A DNA stretch of 64,000 bases. Origin: Beijerinckiaceae bacterium (lineage in GTDB: Bacteria; Pseudomonadota; Alphaproteobacteria; Rhizobiales; Beijerinckiaceae). Where the stretch lies: NCBI GenBank assembly GCA_019745195.1, contig JAIETL010000056.1, forward strand, positions 26,238 to 90,237, read 5' to 3'. Below the pieces are notes generated by a model, which did no database searches, was not told where the DNA came from, and saw nothing but the letters and a program-made list of their open reading frames with translations. Position numbers and translations under genes: made by a program. This document shows positions 1 to 10,042 of the stretch, in pieces (position 1 is the stretch's first letter; every line of letters starts with the position of its first letter).

Positions 1-2
1 TC

Positions 3-1472
3 GTGCTCGACGCCGACAGCCTGATGACGGGCACCTGCATCGTCCGTCTCGCCGCCGCGATGGAGGCCGATCCCGATTCCGGAATCATCCAGTCTCTGCC
101 GCTGATCATCAACCGCAACACCTTCTTCGCCCGGCTCCAGCAGTTCGCGGCGCGGGTCTATGGCCCGGTGATTGCGACTGGACTGGCGATGTGGTCGGGC
201 CGTGACGGCAATTACTGGGGCCATAACGCCATCATCCGGACGAAGGCCTTCGCCGATCATTGCGGCCTGCCCGACCTGAAGGGCAAGCCGCCCTTTGGCG
301 GGCATGTGCTCAGCCACGATTTCGTCGAGGCGGCGCTGATGCGGCGCGCCGGCTGGTCGGTTTATATGCTGCCCGAGCTGACGGGCTCCTACGAGGAAAG
401 CCCGCCCTCGCTGATCGACATCTCGGTTCGCGACCGGCGCTGGTGCCAGGGCAACCTGCAGCATTCGCGGATCCTCGGCGCGAAAGGTTTCGTCTGGTCG
501 ACGCGGCAGCATTTCGCGACCGGCATCATGGGCTATCTCGCCTCTCCCTTCTGGCTGATGCAGCTCGTGGTCGGCATCCTGATCGTGCTGCAGGTCAGCT
601 ACGCCCGGCCGGAATATTTTACGCAGGAGTTCACGCTCTTCCCGATCTGGCCGCGCTTCGACCCCGAGCGCGCGCTGAACCTGTTCGCGCTGACCATGGC
701 GATCCTGCTCGCGCCAAAGCTGTTCGGGCTGCTGCTGACTCTGTTCAACACCAAGCTCCGACGCGCCGGCGGCGGCGCGATCCGGCTCGTGCTCTCAGCG
801 ATCATCGAGGTGCTGTTCTCGGCCTTCTTCGCGCCGATCATGATGCTGATCCAGTCGGGCTCGGTCTTCCAGATACTGCTCGGGCGCGACACGGGCTGGA
901 ACCCGCAGCGGCGCGACGACGGCTCGATCCCGCTGAGGGACATCGTCCGCCGGCACCGGACCCACACCGCGCTCGGCCTCATCACCGGCATTTCGGCCTT
1001 CCTGATCGCGACCTCGCTATTTGCCTGGATGTCGCCAACCATTGTCGGCCTCGTGCTGGCGATCCCGCTGTCATGGGCCTCCGGGCAACTCGCGCTCGGG
1101 CTCTGGCTGAAGCGCCACAAGCTCCTTCTGACGCCCGAGGAAGGCGATCCGCCGGCGATCGCGCTCAGGGCCAACGCTCTGCAGGCCGAGTTCGCGCAGG
1201 CCGGGTTCGACGATGGCGACGGGCTGGCTGCGCTCCATGCCGACCCGGCGCTGCGCGAGGCGCATCAGGCGATGCTTCCGGCTGGCCAGCCGCGCCGGCG
1301 CGGCGACATCGAGCCCGACCGGGCCGTGGCGCAGGCCAAGCTCGTCGATGCCGAGACGATCCAGGACGCGACGATCTGGCTCAAGCCGAAGGAGCGCATG
1401 GTCGTGCTGCACGACCGCGCGCTGATCGGCCTGCTGGCCTCACTTCCGGCCGAGCGGCCCGCAGCGTCCTGA
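3..1472 (+). CDS. opgH: Glucans biosynthesis glucosyltransferase H (OpgH/MdoH), C-terminal ~489 aa; 5' end cut by the window edge
   Basis: The translation carries OpgH/GT2 hallmarks (GHNAIIR, SHDFVEAALMRRAGW, RDRRWCQGNLQH) followed by several hydrophobic TM segments. Confidence 0.85.
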   Translation: MLDADSLMTGTCIVRLAAAMEADPDSGIIQSLPLIINRNTFFARLQQFAARVYGPVIATGLAMWSGRDGNYWGHNAIIRTKAFADHCGLPDLKGKPPFGGHVLSHDFVEAALMRRAGWSVYMLPELTGSYEESPPSLIDISVRDRRWCQGNLQHSRILGAKGFVWSTRQHFATGIMGYLASPFWLMQLVVGILIVLQVSYARPEYFTQEFTLFPIWPRFDPERALNLFALTMAILLAPKLFGLLLTLFNTKLRRAGGGAIRLVLSAIIEVLFSAFFAPIMMLIQSGSVFQILLGRDTGWNPQRRDDGSIPLRDIVRRHRTHTALGLITGISAFLIATSLFAWMSPTIVGLVLAIPLSWASGQLALGLWLKRHKLLLTPEEGDPPAIALRANALQAEFAQAGFDDGDGLAALHADPALREAHQAMLPAGQPRRRGDIEPDRAVAQAKLVDAETIQDATIWLKPKERMVVLHDRALIGLLASLPAERPAAS

Positions 1473-1475
1473 GCC

Positions 1476-1880
1476 TCAAAAGCTCATCGCGGCGGCGTTG
1501 ATCACGCCCGCTGCGAGCGAGGCAGCGCCGAGGAACAGCGCCGAGGCGAGTTCGCCCGAGGCGATGCGCGAGGAGAGGTTGGGCAGGACCAGCCTGACCA
1601 GCCAGTAGACGGTCAACTGCACCACGATCGCGACCAGACCCCAGATCGCGAGATCGAGGATCGTGGTCGAATGGACGACGGCGCTCGACAGCGGGAGCGC
1701 GAAGCCCGTCAGGCTCAGGCCCAGCGACAGGGCGGCGGCGACGTTGTTCTGCCGGATCAGTCCGAACTCGTTATGCGAGGTCGCCAGCGTGTAGACGAGG
1801 AGATAAACGCCGACCAGCGCCAGCGAAACCGAGAAAAACAGCGCGAAATCGGGCAGTTTGGTCAAGGCCGGCACGAGCAT
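1476..1880 (-). CDS. DUF350 (YjfL-like) small integral membrane protein, copy 2
   Basis: 134 aa with four hydrophobic segments. Sequence pattern is parallel to ORF 4678..5118 (HNEFGLIRQNNVAAAL vs HDEIALIRGGNLSAAI). It is the last gene of the minus-strand cluster. Confidence 0.75.
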   Translation of the reverse strand: MLVPALTKLPDFALFFSVSLALVGVYLLVYTLATSHNEFGLIRQNNVAAALSLGLSLTGFALPLSSAVVHSTTILDLAIWGLVAIVVQLTVYWLVRLVLPNLSSRIASGELASALFLGAASLAAGVINAAAMSF

Positions 1881-1915
1881 GGTCTGTCCGATCTCCCGTC
1901 CGATGCAGGGTCCGC

Positions 1916-2797
1916 TCAGGCCGCCTCAAAGGCGATGACGCAGCCAAAGGCGGTCTCGGGCGCTAGCGAGATGCGCTCATCGCCATGATGGTACGGGATG
2001 TCGGCCTCCGACAAGCGCCGCTCGACCACCCCCAGATCGGCGACCGTGACGGAAAAGCCGAGGAAGCGGGCCGGCGTCGGATCGGGCGCGACATGGTAGA
2101 TCGCGCCGGCGGCTTCCGCGTCGAGGACGTCGATGCGCCCGCGCGGCAGCCCGAGGACGAAATCCGCATTGCCGTCGATGATCTCCGCGCCGCCGGTAAA
2201 GGCCGTCAGGAAGGCGCGATGCGCAGCCGGCTCGTCTGTCACCATGATCGCGCTCGCCAGGCCCTTCGCGCCGTTCTCGTGCTGCTGGAAGGCGGGGTTC
2301 CAGAAGTTCTGCGGCTCGTGCTGCTGGCAGACGAAGAAGCCGCATTCCGGCGCGGCCTCGTCGGCCGCGAATGCGAGGGAGAAGGCGACGCGGACCTGCG
2401 AGCCGTCCGGCCTCACGCCCGTCCGCTCGAAGAAAAACGGCTCGAAATCGCCGATGCCGGCGGCCTTGTAGGTCGCGGCGTCGGCTTTTGCGTCTGGGCT
2501 CTCCAGCACCAGCATCGACATCCCCTCGCCCCGCCCCAACGCCTCGCGCACGAAAGCTCCGAAGGAGAAACGGCCCGGCGCATGCTCGGGAATCAGCGAC
2601 GCATCGCCGATCGTCACCAGTTCCAGAAAACTGCCGGGGAACTGGACGATGCGGTTCTCGGTGCCCCATGGATGCCTGTTGCGCGCGCCCACCCTGAAGC
2701 CGAGCCGGGCGTAGAACGCGCCGGCCGCGTCGAGATCGCGCACGCCGATGACGAGATGGTCGAGCCCGCGCGGGCTGGTGCTGGTCGGGTCAGGCAT
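1916..2797 (-). CDS. VOC (glyoxalase/bleomycin-resistance/dioxygenase fold) family protein
   Basis: 293 aa. The N-terminal LDHLVIGVRDLDAAGAFYARLGFRV motif is typical of VOC-fold proteins, and the protein has two-domain length. Confidence 0.7.
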   Translation of the reverse strand: MPDPTSTSPRGLDHLVIGVRDLDAAGAFYARLGFRVGARNRHPWGTENRIVQFPGSFLELVTIGDASLIPEHAPGRFSFGAFVREALGRGEGMSMLVLESPDAKADAATYKAAGIGDFEPFFFERTGVRPDGSQVRVAFSLAFAADEAAPECGFFVCQQHEPQNFWNPAFQQHENGAKGLASAIMVTDEPAAHRAFLTAFTGGAEIIDGNADFVLGLPRGRIDVLDAEAAGAIYHVAPDPTPARFLGFSVTVADLGVVERRLSEADIPYHHGDERISLAPETAFGCVIAFEAA

Positions 2798-2877
2798 GGC
2801 TTCGGCTTTCGGCTTGATCTCGATGCGTCCGGTCTAGCAGCCGACGGCGGCAGGGTCATGACGCAACCGCGAAAGCA

Positions 2878-4047
2878 TCACGGCTCGATGTAATGCGGCA
2901 CGAAGCGCGAGGTGTTCTTCGTGATCGGCGTGACGTCCTCGCGGACGCACAGCCCGCAGGCCTGCGAGGCGACGAGCCAGGAGCCGATCACGGCGTAATT
3001 CCCATTCGATTGGAACAGGTTGAGCGCCGCGTCCTGCAGCACGAAGCCTTCCGCGCCATAGGGACCGTCATCGCTGTCGAGCACCGTTCCGCGTTCCATC
3101 AGCGTGATGTTGGCCCCCTCGCGCGAATAGAGCGGCTTTCGCACACGCCGCGCCGAGAGCGTCTCGCAGCGCGGATCGCCCTCGAAGAAGGCCGGCAACA
3201 GGTTGGGATGGCCCGGCTCCATCTCCCAGAGACAGGCGAGCAGGCCCTTGTTGGAGACGATCGCCTTCCAGGGCGGCTCGACGAACTGGCAGCGCGCATT
3301 TGCCAGCGCATCGGCGTAGCGCTCGCGGAACAACCACTCCCACGGGTAGAGCTTGAACAGGGTGTCGATCGGCTGGTTGGCGCCGTCGCAGAAGCGCCCG
3401 TCCGCGAGCAGACCGATCTCCTCGACATAGGTGAAACGCGCGTCGAGCCCGGCCTGCCTGGCGCAGTCCATCAGATAGTCGACCGTGCCCTTGTCCTCGT
3501 TGCTGTTCTGGACGCTCGAGAGATGCAGCCGGTAGGGTGAGGGCTCGCGCAGACCGGCGAAAGCCGCGATCAGCCGCTCGTGCAGCGAGTTGAACTGGTC
3601 GCAGCCGCGCGGCAGCGTGCCCAGCGCCATCGCCTGCTCCAGCCAGTCCCATTGCACGACGGCCGATTCGAACAGGGCGGTTGGCGTATCGGCGTTGTAT
3701 TCCAAGAGCTTGGCCGGGCCTCTTCCATCATAGGCGAGGTCGAGCCGGCCGTAGAGATTGCGGTCGCCGCGCTGCCAGCTCTCGCGGATGAAATCCCATT
3801 GAGCGGCGGGAATCGCGAGCTTCGTCAGGATCGCCTCGTCGCCCAGCGCCTTGTCGATGAAAGCGAAGCAGAGCTGCTCGATCGCATCGGTCGGCGCCTC
3901 GATGTCGCGCTCGATCTCTTCGAGCGTGAAGGCATAGGCCACGCTTTCGTCCCAATAGGTCGCGCCGTCGATCGTATGGAAGGCGAAGCCCAGCCGCTCG
4001 ACCTGGGCCTGCCAGTCGTCGCGTGGAGCCAGCGTGACGCGGCGCAT
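2878..4047 (-). CDS. Glutathionylspermidine synthase-like ATP-grasp ligase (YjfC-like)
   Basis: 389 aa with a full-length resemblance to the GspS pre-ATP-grasp family (DWQAQVERLGFAFHTIDG..YWDES, LLEYNADTPT, YPWEW, VEPPWK). It starts 4 nt after the DUF1190 gene stop. Confidence 0.85.
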   Translation of the reverse strand: MRRVTLAPRDDWQAQVERLGFAFHTIDGATYWDESVAYAFTLEEIERDIEAPTDAIEQLCFAFIDKALGDEAILTKLAIPAAQWDFIRESWQRGDRNLYGRLDLAYDGRGPAKLLEYNADTPTALFESAVVQWDWLEQAMALGTLPRGCDQFNSLHERLIAAFAGLREPSPYRLHLSSVQNSNEDKGTVDYLMDCARQAGLDARFTYVEEIGLLADGRFCDGANQPIDTLFKLYPWEWLFRERYADALANARCQFVEPPWKAIVSNKGLLACLWEMEPGHPNLLPAFFEGDPRCETLSARRVRKPLYSREGANITLMERGTVLDSDDGPYGAEGFVLQDAALNLFQSNGNYAVIGSWLVASQACGLCVREDVTPITKNTSRFVPHYIEP

Positions 4048-4050
4048 GGC

Positions 4051-4662
4051 TCAGGACGAGGAGGACGAGGAGAAGGAGCGCGCGGTCGAGCCGAAGCCGC
4101 CGCGCGAGGCCACGCTGGGCACGCTGGCGACGCCGGTCGAGGAGACGTTTCGCGCGACCAGCGCCTGCCCCGACGTGGTCGAATAGGCGCGCGAACGGCT
4201 GCCGCCGCTGTAGCCGCCGCCCGACGATGAGGAGGAGGAACGGGCCTGCTGGCATTCCGGCTGCTGGCTGCCGGGCGGGCAGGCCTGCTGTGTCGGCGGC
4301 AGCAAAGGCTGCGCCGCGCCCCCGCCCTGCGCCAGCCCGCGAGCCAGCATGATGCCCGCCAGCGCGGGGATGAAGACCTGCGCGCCGTTCCAGACGCTGC
4401 TGCGGCAGGAGCCCGCGCCATACTCCGTCTCGCAGGACGCGTTGCTGGTGAACTTCTTGGCGTCGCGCAAATGGTTGGCCGAGGCCTCGTTGAAGCGCTG
4501 CTCGCATTGGCTCGCCGAGAGCTGCCCCCCGGCGCGGCATTCGCCGAGCGAATTGTAGACGAGCGATTCTTCCTCTTTGTCGCCGCCGCCGAACAACGAC
4601 CAGCCCGTCGCGACCAGCACGACCCCGACCGCCGCCAGTCCGATCTGTGTCGAGCGCTTCAT
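4051..4662 (-). CDS. DUF1190 (YjfM-like) protein with an N-terminal membrane anchor/signal and Ser/Gly-rich tracts
   Basis: 203 aa. N-terminal hydrophobic segment IGLAAVGVVLVATGW, a Cys-containing middle region, and SSSSSSGGGYSGGSRS plus a terminal FSSSSSS run. It sits between DUF350 and the GspS-like gene, as in E. coli yjfL-yjfM-yjfC. Confidence 0.7.
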   Translation of the reverse strand: MKRSTQIGLAAVGVVLVATGWSLFGGGDKEEESLVYNSLGECRAGGQLSASQCEQRFNEASANHLRDAKKFTSNASCETEYGAGSCRSSVWNGAQVFIPALAGIMLARGLAQGGGAAQPLLPPTQQACPPGSQQPECQQARSSSSSSGGGYSGGSRSRAYSTTSGQALVARNVSSTGVASVPSVASRGGFGSTARSFSSSSSS

Positions 4663-4677
4663 GACCGCGGCTCCCGC

Positions 4678-5118
4678 CTAAGCCGTCATGCTGGCAGCCG
4701 CCAGCGTGCCGGAGATGACGGCGATCACCGCGAGCATCGCGGCCGAGGGCAGACGGTCCTCCTCGATCTTGCGCGAGAGGTCCGGGATCAGGATGCGGGC
4801 GAGCCCATAGGCCGCGAACTGGATCAACATGGCGGCAAGCGCCCAGATCACGCAGTCTGGAATGCTGCTCGCCTGCGCGATCGCCTTCTCCAGCGGGATC
4901 GAGAAGCCGGCGACATTGCCGCCGAGCGCGATCGCCGCCGAGAGGTTTCCGCCCCGGATCAGCGCGATCTCGTCATGGGCGGTGAATTTCAGGTAGACCA
5001 CGGTGAAGCAGGCAATCAGCGCCACGCCGAGACAGAAATACAGCAGGAACGCGGGCAGCCCCGCCATCGAGATCGCCATCGTGCTTGCCCCCAAGCGCCG
5101 GGATCGTAATGGGCTCAC
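4678..5118 (-). CDS. DUF350 (YjfL-like) small integral membrane protein, copy 1
   Basis: 146 aa, multi-TM, first gene of the minus-strand cluster, paralogous pattern to 1476..1880. Confidence 0.75.
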   Translation of the reverse strand: MSPLRSRRLGASTMAISMAGLPAFLLYFCLGVALIACFTVVYLKFTAHDEIALIRGGNLSAAIALGGNVAGFSIPLEKAIAQASSIPDCVIWALAAMLIQFAAYGLARILIPDLSRKIEEDRLPSAAMLAVIAVISGTLAAASMTA

Positions 5119-5286
5119 TATACGTCAAGCGAAGCATCGCGCCAGTGGCGCGTCTGTCGCTCCCACGCGGAGGACGACGCGCGCTCAGGCGCCCGCCCGC
5201 CTTGCGGCGTCGGTCATCACCGAGGGGCAGCGGAGCGCCGCGAGGCGCGGGGGTAGACATCCGCAACCATTGAGCCAGGTCGCGGC

Positions 5287-5311
5287 GCGGAGGGATTGAG
5301 CCACCCTCCGC
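5287..5311. repeat. 8-bp GC hairpin GCGGAGGG-N9-CCCTCCGC inside a 609-nt non-coding spacer
   Basis: Read directly from the sequence. Confidence 0.6.
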
Positions 5312-5727
5312 ACGCCCCGTGGCGCTCCGCTCGTCGGCGATTTCGGACTCCGGGCCGCGCTTATCGGGTCGAAAGCCATCCTCCGCCGCGAGCCCTTTCG
5401 ACGCCAGTGCCCCTCATCGGGTTGTCGCGTCTAGTCGGGCATGGGACGAAGGCATGATGCCGCCGACCGTTCCAGCGAGCTCCTCGCACAGGGGCCGTAG
5501 TACCCCCAGGGCGGTGCCCCGAAGCCTCCCGGGAGCAGGGTGCAAACCCGCCCGCAGGCGCCGGCCCCATCCCGGTCGCCAGCATGCCTCCGGACGGCCG
5601 CCCCTCGGGGATGAGGTGGGGAGATTATAAGGGTGGTGAATGGGGGCGGGGATTATCGTTTTGCTTCCCTCCGCAGGCCCGGCCAAGTCGAGTGACTTTC
5701 GCTGGTGCGTGTGCATTACTCGTGCGC

Positions 5728-5961
5728 ATGAGCCGTGTCGCCAGCAAGCGCCCCATCAACCTTTCGCTCGACGTCGATCTCGTCGAGAAAGCGCGCGCCT
5801 ATGGAGTCAACGTCTCGGCTGTGGCGGAAGACGCGTTACGGACGCGCGTGAGCAAGGAAGAAGCGCGGCTCTGGCTCGACGAGAACCGCGAGGCGATCGC
5901 GGCGCAAAACGCCTGGATCGCCGAAAGGGGCCTGTTCTCGGACGAGTTCCGGAACTGGTGA
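5728..5961 (+). CDS. ccdA: Type II antitoxin CcdA
   Basis: 77 aa starting at ATG 5728 inside ORF 5584..5961. VNVSAVAEDALRTRV..EEARLWLDENREAI..WIAERGLFSDEFRNW parallels F-plasmid CcdA (VNISGLV..AERWQAENQEGM..NGSFADENRDW). Confidence 0.85.
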   Translation: MSRVASKRPINLSLDVDLVEKARAYGVNVSAVAEDALRTRVSKEEARLWLDENREAIAAQNAWIAERGLFSDEFRNW

Positions 5962-5967
5962 ATCACG

Positions 5968-6279
5968 GTGGCGCAGCACGATGTTCATGAGCATCCCGGC
6001 GAGCGGATGCGGCGCGAATACCCTTTCGTCATCGAGCTGCAATCCGATCTGCTGGGTTCGCTCGATGTCTGCGTCATCGCGCCTTTGCGTCGGCTGGAAC
6101 TCGTCACGCCGATCCGACGGTTAAACCCGGTTTTCGAGGTTCAAGGGATCAAGGTGGCGCTGGTGCCGACCGAGATCGTCGGGATCAGGCGCAGTCTGGT
6201 CGGCCGGCCGGTTGGCAGCCTTGCCGCCGAGCACTACGCGATCACGGCGGCGCTCGATTTGATGCTGACGGGCGTTTGA
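5968..6279 (+). CDS. ccdB: Type II toxin CcdB (gyrase poison family)
   Basis: 103 aa with a GTG start 6 nt after the ccdA stop. YPFVIELQSDLL...VIAPL...LNPVFEV... matches the CcdB fold pattern (FVDVQSDIID..VIPL..). Confidence 0.85.
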   Translation: MAQHDVHEHPGERMRREYPFVIELQSDLLGSLDVCVIAPLRRLELVTPIRRLNPVFEVQGIKVALVPTEIVGIRRSLVGRPVGSLAAEHYAITAALDLMLTGV

Positions 6280-6289
6280 TGCTCTCCGT

Positions 6290-6318
6290 CATGGTCGGGC
6301 TTGTCCCGACCATGACGA
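6290..6318. repeat. Perfect hairpin GTCATGGTCGGG-CTTGT-CCCGACCATGAC (REP-like unit)
   Basis: 12-bp arms read directly. It lies between the convergent ccdB and the orphan ORF and shares GTCAT...ATGAC termini with the other palindromic elements in the window. Confidence 0.8.
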
Positions 6319-6379
6319 GGGAAGAGCTTCCAGCTCTCAGATGCCTGTCGCGCTCGGCGACCACTCGAGAGCGGTCATA

Positions 6380-6769
6380 TTATCGATCGGCAAAAGCCTC
6401 TTGTACGATGGGCAGCAAAGCGTGATCTGCGTCGAGCCAGTTACGCGCTATCTCGCGGACGAACGCATCAGCGTCTTGCGGCCAATCGCAGGCAGAGAAG
6501 ATCGAACGATTTGCTTCGAGAAGTCTTTCCAAACGAGGTTTATCGTAGACATATAGAGCGCCACTTTTGATACAGCACACTCGCGGACCAAATTTCGTCG
6601 TCGATAGACCACGAACTGCGGCCTCGCTCATCAAGTCCCTGACACTCAGACCAAGCACTTTCGTGATCGTCCGCAACGGGAGATAGCCGACCACTTTGTC
6701 GTGCCCGACACGATCAAGGCTGCTCAAGATGTCTCGCCGGATTGCGGGAGTGATGTCTGTATCGACCAC
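6380..6769 (-). CDS. Hypothetical protein (129 aa), low-GC orphan directly downstream of pyrG
   Basis: GTG start 9 nt after the pyrG stop, preceded by GGGGG. My hand count gives about 54% G+C against visibly higher flanks. No family recognised; ITKVLGLSVRDLMSEAAVRGL may be helix-turn-helix-like. Confidence 0.5.
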   Translation of the reverse strand: MVDTDITPAIRRDILSSLDRVGHDKVVGYLPLRTITKVLGLSVRDLMSEAAVRGLSTTKFGPRVCCIKSGALYVYDKPRLERLLEANRSIFSACDWPQDADAFVREIARNWLDADHALLPIVQEAFADR

Positions 6770-6778
6770 CGCGCCCCC

Positions 6779-8413
<1,635 letters not shown>

Positions 8414-8487
8414 TCACCTCTAACCGACAGGGTTCGATTCGCTAGGCCCGACAGCGCAGGCAGGGCCTGCGCGGCGTGCTTGTCCAC

Positions 8488-8551
8488 AACAGAGAAAGGC
8501 CGGTTTCCCGGCGCTCTTCCTTCAAAAGAGAAGGGCCGGTTTCCCGGCCCC
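8488..8551 (-). terminator. Two tandem intrinsic-terminator hairpins formed by a duplicated 22-nt unit, between secG and pyrG
   Basis: On the minus strand: GGGCCGG-GAAA-CCGGCCC + TTCTCTTTTG, then GCCGG-GAAA-CCGGC + CTTTCTCTGTTG. The plus-strand units at 8491-8512 and 8527-8548 are 21/22 identical. Confidence 0.7.
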
Positions 8552-8564
8552 TGCCCTGTCTCGC

Positions 8565-8963
8565 TTACTGCTGCGGCGCTGCCGGCGGCGTCGGCGGCTG
8601 CGCGCCGCCAGACGGGCCCTGCAATTGCCGAAGCTGGTCGAGCACGCCGCCGGCGTTGGGGGCGCTCGGTCCGGTCGGGCTGGCGGGCGCGGTCGCGCCC
8701 GGCGCGCCGTCAATGATCGAGCGCTGGACACGGCCCTGATTGGCGATGACGGCCAGCGCGATCGAGGTCAGGAAGAACGCGCCGGCCAGGATCGCGGTGG
8801 CGCGCGTCAGGGCGTTGGCCTGGCCGCGTCCGGTCATGAAGCCGCCTGCCCCGCCGCCGCCCGAGCCCATGCCGAGCCCGCCGCCTTCGGAGCGCTGCAG
8901 CAGGACCACGCCGACGAGCGCGACCACGATGATCAGATGGATGACGATAAGAACGTTCTGCAT
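8565..8963 (-). CDS. secG: Preprotein translocase subunit SecG with a Pro/Ala/Gly-rich C-terminal tail
   Basis: 132 aa from ATG 8963 inside ORF 8565..9179. MQNVLIVIHLIIVVALVGVVLLQRSEGGGLG is the canonical SecG N-terminus. Confidence 0.9.
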   Translation of the reverse strand: MQNVLIVIHLIIVVALVGVVLLQRSEGGGLGMGSGGGGAGGFMTGRGQANALTRATAILAGAFFLTSIALAVIANQGRVQRSIIDGAPGATAPASPTGPSAPNAGGVLDQLRQLQGPSGGAQPPTPPAAPQQ

Positions 8964-9102
8964 GGGCTCACAAGCACGATTTCGCTCACGAAATGGGTAC
9001 GGAGCGCGCCGCCGCCAAGGGCTGCCCGCTTCAGTCCATCCGGCTTCGGCGCGGCCCATAGCATGCGCATCGGGCGCGCGCCACCCGGCATGTTCGGTTG
9101 GT

Positions 9103-9864
9103 TCAGCCGCAAGCCCGGGCGATGGCCAGGAAATCCTCCGCCTTGAGGCTCGCGCCGCCGACGAGCGCGCCATCGACATGGGCCACGTTCATAAGGTCGG
9201 CGGCGTTGGACGGCTTGACCGAGCCGCCATAGAGCAACCGGACCCCAGAGGCCGCCGGCTTGCCGAGCAGCCGCGCGAGTTCGGCGCGGATCGCCGCATG
9301 AATCTCGGCGACGTCGTCTGCCGTGGGAGTGAGGCCGGTTCCGATCGCCCAGACCGGCTCATAGGCGACCACCAGCGTGGCGGCCGTCGAGCCGTCTGGC
9401 ACCGAGCCGCGCAACTGCTTCTTGACCACCGAGAGCGCCTTGCCCGCCTGCCGCTCGTCCTTCGTCTCGCCGACGCAGACGATCGGGACCAGCAGCGCCT
9501 TCTGGGCGGCCTCGGCCTTGGCCTTCACCGTCGCATTGCTTTCGCCATGCAGGGTGCGGCGCTCGGAATGACCGACGATCGCGAAGATCGCGCCGGCGTC
9601 CGCCAGCATCTGCGCCGAGAGATCGCCGGTGAAGGCCCCGCTGTCATGCGTCGCGCAGTCCTGGCCGCCGGTGGCGATGCGCGAGCCGACGAGCGCGGCC
9701 GTTGCGAGGTAGAGCAGCGTCGCAGGCGGGCAGATCGCCAGGTCGACGGCGGCCTTCAGCGTCGAATCGTAGCCCTTCGCGACCTCGGCTGCGATGGCGA
9801 GATCGGCCTTTAGCCCGTTCATCTTCCAGTTGCCGGCCACGAGCGGCCTGATGCTGCGCGTCAT
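9103..9864 (-). CDS. tpiA: Triosephosphate isomerase
   Basis: 253 aa with [16 protein letters not shown] and [11 protein letters not shown] motifs. Confidence 0.95.
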   Translation of the reverse strand: MTRSIRPLVAGNWKMNGLKADLAIAAEVAKGYDSTLKAAVDLAICPPATLLYLATAALVGSRIATGGQDCATHDSGAFTGDLSAQMLADAGAIFAIVGHSERRTLHGESNATVKAKAEAAQKALLVPIVCVGETKDERQAGKALSVVKKQLRGSVPDGSTAATLVVAYEPVWAIGTGLTPTADDVAEIHAAIRAELARLLGKPAASGVRLLYGGSVKPSNAADLMNVAHVDGALVGGASLKAEDFLAIARACG

Positions 9865-10042
9865 GTGTCGTCGTCTCCTGAAATCCCGGCGACGGCTCTA
9901 GCAATGCTGCGCCAAAGCCGCAATTGCGCGCGACATTCGCAACCGATTGCGGGTTGCGGCGCGGCTTCCTATAAGCAGCCGCGACAAAACACCGGGCGCG
10001 CGCTTTTCGGCGTGATGTGGCCTACAGGGAAAGATCGACACG

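Noticed and set aside
5461-5640. Possible cobalamin riboswitch-like strings (GGTGCC..GGGAGCAGGGTGCAAACCCGCCCGC)
   Set aside because: There is no recognisable B12 box (AGCCAGGAGACCTGCC-like) or GCCACTG element. The downstream gene is ccdA, not a B12-related gene. The resemblance is likely chance in GC-rich DNA. Only a cmsearch could settle it.
8425-8445. tRNA T-arm-like GGTTCGATTCG (also GGTTCGACAATGG at 53527-53539 and GGGTTCGACGC near 39536-39546)
   Set aside because: No flanking acceptor, anticodon or D-arm pairing could be built by eye, and there is no CCA-proximal acceptor stem. I conclude there are no tRNA genes in the window. tRNAscan-SE would confirm this.
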